25,457 nucleotides of DNA from Mariprofundaceae bacterium (GTDB taxonomy: Bacteria; Pseudomonadota; Zetaproteobacteria; Mariprofundales; Mariprofundaceae), in contig JAUZQP010000123.1 of assembly GCA_030950965.1 (NCBI GenBank), positions 1-25,457 of the forward strand, in the 5' to 3' direction. Shown in pieces: positions 1-7,408 of the stretch. The notes beneath the pieces were generated by a model. That model saw only the letters and a program-made list of their open reading frames with translations, made no database searches and had not been told where the DNA came from. Made by a program: the position numbers and the translations under genes. Position 1 is the stretch's first letter, and each line of letters starts with the position of its first letter.

Positions 1-69
1 GGTATAGCGTCTTTGCTCTTTATGTTCTGATGAACCGCATTCTGGGCAGCGTAAGGTGATAAGAGACAT
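1..69 (-). CDS. 5' start of a Zn-ribbon protein running off the window (MSLITLRCPECGSSEHKEQRRYT...), possibly an IS1/IS1595-type transposase N-terminus
   Basis: Manual translation of the minus strand from CAT at 67-69 gives 23 open codons with a CxxC (CPEC) motif. GGAG lies about 11 nt upstream. Confidence 0.4.
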   Translation of the reverse strand, partial: MSLITLRCPECGSSEHKEQRRYT

Positions 70-141
70 AGCTGAAAACACTCCGAATAATCCTATTAAA
101 GGCGCAAGCCTAGCACATAAACATCAAGCGGACCCAGTCCC

Positions 142-169
142 GGTTGGGTAGAGCGAAGCGAACCCCAAC
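142..169 (+). repeat. REP-like short imperfect palindrome (GGTTGGGTAGAGCGAAGCGAACCCCAAC)
   Basis: GTTGGG...CCCAAC stem. Resembles, from memory, the widespread GGGTAGAGCGAAGCGAAACCC REP class, but lacks the usual 5' GTAG tetranucleotide. Confidence 0.45.
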
Positions 170-225
170 AAAGCCACGAAACCCCACAACACATACACCA
201 TTGATTTAAACGGCATTGCTCATGT

Positions 226-240
226 AATAATTCAGGCTAG
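226..240 (+). repeat. Isolated terminal fragment of MITE family B (AATAATTCAGGCTAG)
   Basis: 15/15 identical to the right end of the element at 11903-12071. No matching left end was found upstream. Confidence 0.5.
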
Positions 241-299
241 GGCTCTTTTATGCCTTGCAGCTTGCCTAAGTGCCACAAGTTTTTAGCATTGCCCCACCC

Positions 300-1667
300 A
301 TGAAAAGTCAAAATACCCCCACCTCAATTGATACCCTGTTTATCAAAACCTACGGTTGCCAGATGAATGAGTACGATTCATCCCGTATGGTTGATCTTAT
401 GCAACAAGCCTATGGGCTGCGTTTGGTTGCTACGCCGCAAGAAGCGGACGTTATTCTTATGAACACCTGCTCGGTGCGTGAGAAGGCTGAAGAAAAAGTC
501 TATTCCGAATTAGGGCGTTACCGCCTGTTGAAGCTCAAGAAACCAGCGCTTATTATCGGCGTAGGTGGTTGTGTGGCACAGCAAGAGGGTGAGCGCATTC
601 AACGCCGCGCACCGTATGTCGATGCCGTGTTCGGCCCGCAGTCCTACCATCATTTGCCCGCCATGATTAACAAAATCCGTCGTGAGCGCGTGCGCGTGAC
701 TGATACGGATATGCCCGAAATTGAGAAGTTCGATCACCTGCCCAAGGCAAAAGATGGACTGAAGCAAGGCATTTCCGCCTTTGTCACCATCATGGAAGGC
801 TGCGATAAGTTCTGCACTTTTTGCGTCGTTCCCTACACGCGAGGATCAGAACTTTCTCGTCCTGTCGCTGATGTGATGGCTGACTGTCAGCGCATTTTGG
901 ATTCAGGTTGTATCGAAATCAACCTTTTGGGGCAGAACGTGAACGGTTACCGCGCTGCTGGCCCTGATGGCGAAGAGTGGGATTTTACCATGCTGCTCTA
1001 TGCCTTGAGTGAGTTGCAAGGACTCAAACGCCTGCGCTTCACCACCAGTCACCCGATGGAGATGAACGAAGATTTGGCGCGTGCCTTTGCTGAAATCCCT
1101 GTATTGATGCCGTTTATTCATCTGCCTGTGCAAAGTGGCTCGGATCGTGTGCTTAAAGCGATGCACCGTGGTCATGATCGGGCAACCTATTTTCATACGA
1201 TTGCTGCCCTGCGTAAGCATTGCCCGCATATCGCGCTGTCATCCGACTTCATCATTGGTTACCCAGGCGAAACGGACGAAGACTTTGAGCAAACCTTGGA
1301 TCTGGTGCGGCAAGTGGGCTATGACTTTGCCTATTGCTTCAAATACTCGGCGCGCCCAGGTACACCAGCGGCAGACAGTGACGATAATATTCCCGAAGTA
1401 GTGAAAGATGAACGGCTGCAACGGCTGCTTACGTTGATGTCGGAACTATGTTCCGCCTCGCTGCAACGCCAGCTTGGTACAGTGCAATCGGTTCTGGTGG
1501 AAAAAACGAGTCGCAAGAACGAAGGTGATGTACAGGGGCGCACGGAAGATTTTAAAATCGTCCACTTTAGCGGCAAGCCGCGTTTGGTGGGGCAGTTGGT
1601 GGATGTTCGCATTACCACCGCCTACGGGCAATCATTACGCGGTGAATTGGTGATTAAAGATGACTGA
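300..1667 (+). CDS. miaB: tRNA-2-methylthio-N6-dimethylallyladenosine synthase MiaB
   Basis: UPF0004 N-terminus (TYGCQMN, NTCSVRE, GGCVAQ), radical SAM CxxxCxxC (EGCDKFCTFC) and C-terminal TRAM domain. ATG 300 is preferred over GTG 270. Confidence 0.97.
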   Translation: MKSQNTPTSIDTLFIKTYGCQMNEYDSSRMVDLMQQAYGLRLVATPQEADVILMNTCSVREKAEEKVYSELGRYRLLKLKKPALIIGVGGCVAQQEGERIQRRAPYVDAVFGPQSYHHLPAMINKIRRERVRVTDTDMPEIEKFDHLPKAKDGLKQGISAFVTIMEGCDKFCTFCVVPYTRGSELSRPVADVMADCQRILDSGCIEINLLGQNVNGYRAAGPDGEEWDFTMLLYALSELQGLKRLRFTTSHPMEMNEDLARAFAEIPVLMPFIHLPVQSGSDRVLKAMHRGHDRATYFHTIAALRKHCPHIALSSDFIIGYPGETDEDFEQTLDLVRQVGYDFAYCFKYSARPGTPAADSDDNIPEVVKDERLQRLLTLMSELCSASLQRQLGTVQSVLVEKTSRKNEGDVQGRTEDFKIVHFSGKPRLVGQLVDVRITTAYGQSLRGELVIKDD

Positions 1668-2628
1668 ATCAGAAAATAAATTGCATCTTAGCTTGGATGA
1701 TTGGTCTGCCGCTGCAATTCGCCACCTGTGTGGGCCTGAACAACACAATATCAACCGTATTGAAGATGCCTTGCAGGTACTGTTTTATGGTCATGCGGGT
1801 GATTGGTGGATCGAAGGTGCGCAAGCTACGGTAGCCATTCAAATGGTTCAGCAGTTCAAATCAGCCGCAGAACATGGTGTAATCAGTGAATCTGTGATGG
1901 AATCAGCCTTACGGTCATACCGCGCCGAAACCGTTGATACCACGCCTGATAGCTTGCCTGCTAAGATCAGCTTTCAAGCAGCGCGCCGCTTGATTAGTGG
2001 CAAAACCCCCAATCAAAATCGTTACCTGTGCGCGATGCAATCATCCGTGTTGACGCTTGCTGTTGGCCCAGCAGGGAGCGGGAAAACCTATCTTGCAGTA
2101 GCTGCTGCGGTAGCGGCCTTAAATAACGGTACGGTGGAGCGCATTATTCTTACGCGCCCAGCGGTGGAGGCAGGCGAGCGTTTAGGCTTTTTGCCTGGCG
2201 ATTTGCAACAAAAAGTTGACCCCTATTTAACGCCCTTGTTTGATGCCTTGTCCGATATGTTAGGCAATGAAAAAATGCTCGCTTTGATGGAGCAACGCCG
2301 CATCGAAATCGCCCCCTTGGCGTATATGCGCGGGCGCACCTTGAACGATGCCTTTGTGATTTTGGACGAAGCGCAAAATACTACCCGTTCGCAAATGAAG
2401 ATGTTCCTTACTCGCCTTGGTTTTTCCTCGCGCATGGTGGTGACGGGCGATATTACCCAAATTGATTTACCACACGATCATTTAAGTGGTTTGCAGCATG
2501 CCATTCATGTGTTGCGTAACGTCAAGGATGTACGCATCTGCTATTTAGAAGCGCATGATGTGGTGCGCCATCGTTTGGTGGAGCATATCGTCAGGGCTTA
2601 CGAACAAGATGGGAAAGATAAGGGATGA
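1660..2628 (+). CDS. phoH: PhoH family ATPase
   Basis: GPAGSGKT, RPAVEAGERLGFLPGD, YMRGRTL, ILDEAQN, GDITQIDL. Canonical position after miaB. Confidence 0.95.
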   Translation: MTESENKLHLSLDDWSAAAIRHLCGPEQHNINRIEDALQVLFYGHAGDWWIEGAQATVAIQMVQQFKSAAEHGVISESVMESALRSYRAETVDTTPDSLPAKISFQAARRLISGKTPNQNRYLCAMQSSVLTLAVGPAGSGKTYLAVAAAVAALNNGTVERIILTRPAVEAGERLGFLPGDLQQKVDPYLTPLFDALSDMLGNEKMLALMEQRRIEIAPLAYMRGRTLNDAFVILDEAQNTTRSQMKMFLTRLGFSSRMVVTGDITQIDLPHDHLSGLQHAIHVLRNVKDVRICYLEAHDVVRHRLVEHIVRAYEQDGKDKG

Positions 2629-3110
2629 CAGGGCTAGAAATCATCGTCGATGATGACGTCGAAGGCGACGAACCACGCTCTACGGAATGGGTGCAAGCCA
2701 TCGAACACACGGTGAAACAAGCCTTGCAAACTATCGCTATGCCGCAAATGATGGCTACGCCGCTATGCCTAAGCATCGCCAGTAACGCCACGGTGCAACA
2801 ACTCAATAACGAATGGCGGCACAAAGACGCGGTGACGGATGTGCTCTCCTTCCCCATGCAAGATGCGCCTGACTTCGACCCCCATATTCCGCTGGGCGAT
2901 ATTGTGGTGGCTTTGCCTTTTGTCGCCGATGAAGCGCAACGGCTGGGGCTTCCGCTGCTGGATCATCTGCTGCATTTGCTGGTTCATGGCGTGTTGCACT
3001 TGCTGGGCTACGACCATATTGATGACGACGATGCTCAGGAGATGCAAGCCTTAGAACGCCGCTGCATGGCTGCCTTGAGTCTGCATGATCCCTATCCCAC
3101 CGATGTTTAA
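2625..3110 (+). CDS. ybeY: rRNA maturation endoribonuclease YbeY
   Basis: TDVLSF, LGDI and HGVLHLLGYDH zinc motif. ATGA overlap with phoH. Confidence 0.95.
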   Translation: MTGLEIIVDDDVEGDEPRSTEWVQAIEHTVKQALQTIAMPQMMATPLCLSIASNATVQQLNNEWRHKDAVTDVLSFPMQDAPDFDPHIPLGDIVVALPFVADEAQRLGLPLLDHLLHLLVHGVLHLLGYDHIDDDDAQEMQALERRCMAALSLHDPYPTDV

Positions 3111-3921
3111 ACGATTCAAAAATATGCAGGAACGCTGGCGCGTACGTGAAATTAAACGGCTGCGCCCAGGTCGCGATGAACAAGAGCTGCTTACCATCAT
3201 CCGCCGCGCCGAAGCTATTAGCTCGGAAGAGGATCGCGAATCCTTAGAAAGTTTCATCAATTTTCATGAAATCCGCGTGCGTGAGATCATGACACCACGC
3301 CCCGATATTGTGTACATCGACCAACATGCTACTGTGCAAGCAACCTGCGAAAAAATGCTGCAAGCACATATCGTACGTATGCCTGTGGTAGATGGTTCGC
3401 TGGATCATATTGTTGGCATCATCCACATTCGCGAACTGTTTGCAGCCTTGGTGGAACAACGCACACCGCCATTGGCGGAGATGGTGCTAGAACCCATTTG
3501 GGTCTCCGAGCTAGAAAAAGTTAGTAGTTTGTTGTCACGCATGCGCTCGCAAAGCCATGCTGCCATTGTGCGCGATGAATTCGGTGGCACAGCAGGATTG
3601 GTTACGTTGTCTGATTTGCTGGGGGAGATTTTTGGACCACTCAGTGCTGAAGAAGAAGAGGACATGCAGCAAGACATTCGCCACACAGAGAACGGTATTT
3701 TGGTTTCTGCGCGTGTGCGCATCGAAGATTTAGAAGATACCATCACCCTGCCTAAACATTTGTTGGAGGGGGATTTTGATACATTGGGTGGGCTGGTCAT
3801 TACCCACACGGGTAGAATTCCACAGCAAGGCGAAGACATTCAACTGGATGGTTTAAGCCTGAGTATCGAACAAGCCAGTCCGCGCCGCATAGAAAAGATT
3901 CGCATTAAAATAACGGATTAG
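3103..3921 (+). CDS. corC: CBS-domain / CorC-HlyC Mg2+/Co2+ transport-associated protein (CorC/YbeX-like)
   Basis: VREIMTPR, RMPV, DEFGGTAGLVTLSDLL and FDTLGGL motifs. Follows ybeY. ATG 3103 is preferred over 3085. Confidence 0.85.
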   Translation: MFKRFKNMQERWRVREIKRLRPGRDEQELLTIIRRAEAISSEEDRESLESFINFHEIRVREIMTPRPDIVYIDQHATVQATCEKMLQAHIVRMPVVDGSLDHIVGIIHIRELFAALVEQRTPPLAEMVLEPIWVSELEKVSSLLSRMRSQSHAAIVRDEFGGTAGLVTLSDLLGEIFGPLSAEEEEDMQQDIRHTENGILVSARVRIEDLEDTITLPKHLLEGDFDTLGGLVITHTGRIPQQGEDIQLDGLSLSIEQASPRRIEKIRIKITD

Positions 3922-4049
3922 CATAATTTCATGCGTTATAAAAAAATAAAAGGTATCAATCATTTAGCCTGAAAGGAGTATTTAGTCACCCATGCGTATC
4001 AGCAACAGCATCCACCTGACATTCACACATATACCTTGGAAGTATCTCC

Positions 4050-5033
4050 ATGCACACTAAAGTCGCGGTACTGGGGGCTGGCTCGTGGGGTACGGCTTTG
4101 GCAATGGTGTTGGCGCGTAGTGGGCGTAATGTTTCGCTACTGACACGCACCGAGGAACATGCCCAAAGCATGTTGCGTGATGGTGAAAATCATCGTTACT
4201 TACCAGGTATTTCGTTACCACCACACCTTGTGCCATCGTCCGCGCTGCATGAGGTGCTGGATCATGCTGAAGTGATTGTCTTATCCGTACCTTGTGCAGC
4301 GGTAACGCCATTTTTAGCGCGTTTGCAGCATGATGAGCGTTTGTTGATTGCAACGTCTAAAGGCTTACTCCCCGGTACCACCGAACGCATGGATGAATGC
4401 CTGATTCGTCATGTCGGCAAAGCGCGTACCGCTTTGTTATCAGGGCCATCCTTTGCACTGGAAGTCGCACGCGGCATGCCCACCGCGATTACCATGGCAG
4501 CGCATGATTTAGCGACGGCTGATTTTGCCGCATCCTTTTTTGATGACAGTACCTTTCGCATTTATCACAGTACCGATTTAGCAGGCGTAGCATTGGGTGG
4601 CAGCCTAAAAAACGTCATTGCCATTGCTGCGGGAATCGCCGAAGGCATGAAGTTAGGGCATAATGCGATGTCTGCATTGGTCACACGCGGTATGGCAGAA
4701 ATTACTCGTTTATCACTGCGGTGTGGTGCGCAACCCGAAACGTTGGCCGGTCTTTCTGGGCTTGGTGACTTGGTATTGACCTGCACGGGTGGCTTGTCGC
4801 GCAATCGTCGTTTTGGCATGGCGTTGGCGAAAGGGCTAGGAGCCGCGACCGCAAGAGAACAAATAGGGCAGGTCGTCGAAGGTGAACGCACTACCATCGC
4901 CGTATGTCAATTGGCGACGAAGTTGCAGGTCGATATGCCCATTGCCTTTGCCGTTCAACAAGTATTAAACGATCAAACAACACCACAAGATGCCCTGAAA
5001 ATGCTGCTTGCTCGTCCTCAAGGTTGTGAATAA
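4050..5033 (+). CDS. gpsA: NAD(P)H-dependent glycerol-3-phosphate dehydrogenase
   Basis: GAGSWGTALA Rossmann motif, LSGPSFA, GSLKNVIAIAAG, GLGDLVLTC..SRN, EG. Confidence 0.96.
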   Translation: MHTKVAVLGAGSWGTALAMVLARSGRNVSLLTRTEEHAQSMLRDGENHRYLPGISLPPHLVPSSALHEVLDHAEVIVLSVPCAAVTPFLARLQHDERLLIATSKGLLPGTTERMDECLIRHVGKARTALLSGPSFALEVARGMPTAITMAAHDLATADFAASFFDDSTFRIYHSTDLAGVALGGSLKNVIAIAAGIAEGMKLGHNAMSALVTRGMAEITRLSLRCGAQPETLAGLSGLGDLVLTCTGGLSRNRRFGMALAKGLGAATAREQIGQVVEGERTTIAVCQLATKLQVDMPIAFAVQQVLNDQTTPQDALKMLLARPQGCE

Positions 5034-5569
5034 TGGCAATCGATGACGATGATCCTTTTGCTTCGGCTATGCGTGAAGTTGCCCCTATCAGCAGCAATAA
5101 ACACAGACAGAGCACGCAGCAACCACCTAAAGCGCGGGATGTGATTAAACAAAGACGAGAAGCAAGCCCACAAACTGCGCCTATCAATAATAGTGCGTCC
5201 CGACACGCACCTGCATCACAGCCCGAACCGTGGAGCTTACGCGCCAATGGCGTCTCCTCGGTGGTCGTGAGACGCTTGGCAGCAGGGCAACCACCGATTG
5301 CCACGACCTTAGATTTGCATGGCATGCACCGTGAACCATCCTTAGAGCAACTCCGCAAGGCTATTCACACCGCTAGTCAGCAAGGTCAGCGCGTTTTGCG
5401 GGTCATTCATGGGCGTGGCATGCACTCTTCGAATCGCCCTGTATTAAAGCAAGCGGTGTACCACGATTTACAACACGGCCCATGCGCCCACCATGTGTTA
5501 GCTGCCATTCTTGAACCCAATAGTGCCGGCGGTGCGTGCTTGGTATTACTACGCCGCGATCGTTCATGA
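5033..5569 (+). CDS. Smr/MutS2 domain protein (SmrA-like)
   Basis: DDDDPFASAMREV N-terminus, LDLHG, VIHGRG and GGACLVLL C-terminus. Confidence 0.88.
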   Translation: MAIDDDDPFASAMREVAPISSNKHRQSTQQPPKARDVIKQRREASPQTAPINNSASRHAPASQPEPWSLRANGVSSVVVRRLAAGQPPIATTLDLHGMHREPSLEQLRKAIHTASQQGQRVLRVIHGRGMHSSNRPVLKQAVYHDLQHGPCAHHVLAAILEPNSAGGACLVLLRRDRS

Positions 5570-5588
5570 CTTGTAACCATTCACTACC

Positions 5589-5684
5589 CACCGCTGGTTT
5601 TCCCGCCCTCTGCGTTGAAAGTGCTCATTTACCAAAACGTAAACTGCGCGCTTTCGCCTTGAGGGCGAAAAAACAGAGGCGGTG
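5589..5684. repeat. ERIC-like long intergenic hairpin (family D)
   Basis: Nested inverted repeats: CACCGC/GCGGTG, CGCCCTC/GAGGGCG, GAAAG/CTTTC, TTTAC/GTAAA. The minus strand carries CAAGGCG...CAACGCAG. Confidence 0.6.
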
Positions 5685-5687
5685 TAA

Positions 5688-6311
5688 ATGGTTACCGTGA
5701 CTTTGCGGGTTATTCGGCACGAACGTCAGGACTACCCCGAGTCAGTACAAGAGCAAGAAAGCATCGTCGCTGATCTGCTGGCAGGGCGCTGTGGCAATAC
5801 CCTGATTATTACCGAACATCCGCCCGTATTTACCCTTGGCACATCCGCTCAGCCCAGCGATGTATTACAACGCCACTTTGACGATGCCGACGTTGCCGTT
5901 CACGACACAGGTCGGGGCGGCGAAGTCACCTACCACGGGCCAGGTCAATTGGTGTGCTACATGATTGCCGACCTGCGCGAGGCGCGCGATTTACATCGTC
6001 ATGTACAACAACTTGAAGCGATGGTCATCAATACGTTAAGTGACCTCGGTTTACACGGAGAACGCTCACCTCGTGGAATCGGTGTATGGCTTGGTAACAA
6101 TAAAATAGCGGCTGTTGGCGTGCGTTGCCGTCGTTGGATCACCTTTCACGGTATCGCTCTGAATAACAACACCAACCTCAACCATTTCAGCGGTATCATA
6201 CCCTGCGGCATGCGCGATGCCCCCGTCACATCGTTACGTCACGAAGGTGTCATGATTGATCGTCCCACCCTAGAAGGGCATCTGATTCACCACGCGCGTT
6301 GTTTTTGGTAA
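5688..6311 (+). CDS. lipB: Lipoyl(octanoyl) transferase LipB
   Basis: EHPPVFTLG, RGGEVTYHGPGQLV, KIAAVG, HGIALN, IIPCG. Confidence 0.95.
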   Translation: MVTVTLRVIRHERQDYPESVQEQESIVADLLAGRCGNTLIITEHPPVFTLGTSAQPSDVLQRHFDDADVAVHDTGRGGEVTYHGPGQLVCYMIADLREARDLHRHVQQLEAMVINTLSDLGLHGERSPRGIGVWLGNNKIAAVGVRCRRWITFHGIALNNNTNLNHFSGIIPCGMRDAPVTSLRHEGVMIDRPTLEGHLIHHARCFW

Positions 6312-6350
6312 TTTATTTCTTCCGCGCCGCTTAATGCGGAAAGAAATAAA
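6312..6350. terminator. Stem-loop directly after lipB (possibly a bidirectional terminator)
   Basis: TTTATTTCTTCCGC...GCGGAAAGAAATAAA is a 14-bp inverted repeat with one bulge, starting right at the lipB stop. Confidence 0.55.
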
Positions 6351-6437
6351 CTGGATTGCAGCTTTTACTAGGTTGTTTATAGTATGGCTTCTGTGGTGTT
6401 AGCCAAGGCGTAACACTCGGCACTCAGGAGGCTGATG

Positions 6438-6851
6438 ATGAAAATAGTTTACGTGAGCATAATGGTTTATTTGGCATGTTTGCCATTTTCGCTCCATGCA
6501 GCACCATTAAATAAATTTGGCACCATACAACAGCAGATGACTGTGCCGCAAATGCAACAAACCGCGTTACCCCCTCCCATACAGCAACAACCCATTGCAG
6601 ACATCGCACCTCAAGCGGTTGAGCCTGTTCAAGCTGCACCTGTTGTGAAAAAAGAAAAACATACAGTCATACTCAATAAAGTGGAAAAATTACTCTCGAG
6701 TTTACCCTTGGAAAAATTAAAAGCGTGGCAGGGAAGATTTGAAGATAAGCGTCAAGCTGCGAAGCAAGCGGGAAAAACAAACGTGATGAAATACTATAAT
6801 AACCTCATTGTTTTATGTGAGAAACTCAAAAAAGATGGTGGACAACCATGA
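6438..6851 (+). CDS. Hypothetical exported protein (signal peptide, Q/P-rich linker, basic helical C-terminus)
   Basis: AGGAGG at 6426-6431 favours ATG 6438. Sec-like leader MKIVYVSIMVYLACLPFSLHA. ATGA overlap with the next gene. Confidence 0.75.
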   Translation: MKIVYVSIMVYLACLPFSLHAAPLNKFGTIQQQMTVPQMQQTALPPPIQQQPIADIAPQAVEPVQAAPVVKKEKHTVILNKVEKLLSSLPLEKLKAWQGRFEDKRQAAKQAGKTNVMKYYNNLIVLCEKLKKDGGQP

Positions 6852-7408
6852 AACATCTATTCATTCTACTATTATGCTGCACGATTACTAATGTAAGTTT
6901 AGCGAATGAAGCCATGGATGAGGCGGCGATTGACGCTGCATTGAATGCGGTGGTGGCTGTTGGTGAACAGATGACAGAAGATGCACCTGCTGCCTCTTCG
7001 CTTCCTCCTGTTGCCGCCCCCATTATTGCTACGCCTGTAAGTAAACTTTCAGCGCTGCCTGACATCGTGCAAGTTAACCGCAGTGAACTCAATACATGGA
7101 TGCAGCAGCAGCAAATACAAGCGAATGTCATCACCAATCAAGCGAATAATCAATTGTGGACGACCACATTATTGGCGGCGGTCTGGTTGATTACTTTTAT
7201 TATGCTTTTGCAGTTCATGCGCCGTGAAGGCTGCAAAGAGTATGTAAATATCATTGGTTTGAATCTAATTATTTTTGCCACGGTATTTATGGTATTGGTG
7301 GTAGAAACAGATCAGCAATTAACTGCCGGTGCTGGGATTCTTGGTGCCATTGCAGGCTATATATTCCGCGCTATGCAAAGTGAACAACCGGGGGAAAGTA
7401 AGTCATGA
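6848..7408 (+). CDS. Hypothetical membrane protein (signal peptide, A/P-rich linker, about 3 C-terminal hydrophobic segments)
   Basis: Leader MKHLFILLLCCTITNVSLA. Hydrophobic stretches LLAAVWLITFIMLL, IIGLNLIIFATVFMVLVV and GAGILGAIAGYIF. ATGA overlaps on both sides. Confidence 0.78.
   Translation: MKHLFILLLCCTITNVSLANEAMDEAAIDAALNAVVAVGEQMTEDAPAASSLPPVAAPIIATPVSKLSALPDIVQVNRSELNTWMQQQQIQANVITNQANNQLWTTTLLAAVWLITFIMLLQFMRREGCKEYVNIIGLNLIIFATVFMVLVVETDQQLTAGAGILGAIAGYIFRAMQSEQPGESKS

Noticed and set aside
3964-3973. TTAGCCTGAA as another family-B end
   Set aside because: Only a 10-bp match with no partner end, so it could be chance.
3921-4050. Absence of lnt after miaB-phoH-ybeY-corC
   Set aside because: This operon's composition varies between taxa, and lnt may simply lie elsewhere.
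6312-6420. Integron attC site after lipB
   Set aside because: The hairpin lacks properly paired RYYYAAC/GTTRRRY boxes, and no integron integrase is present.
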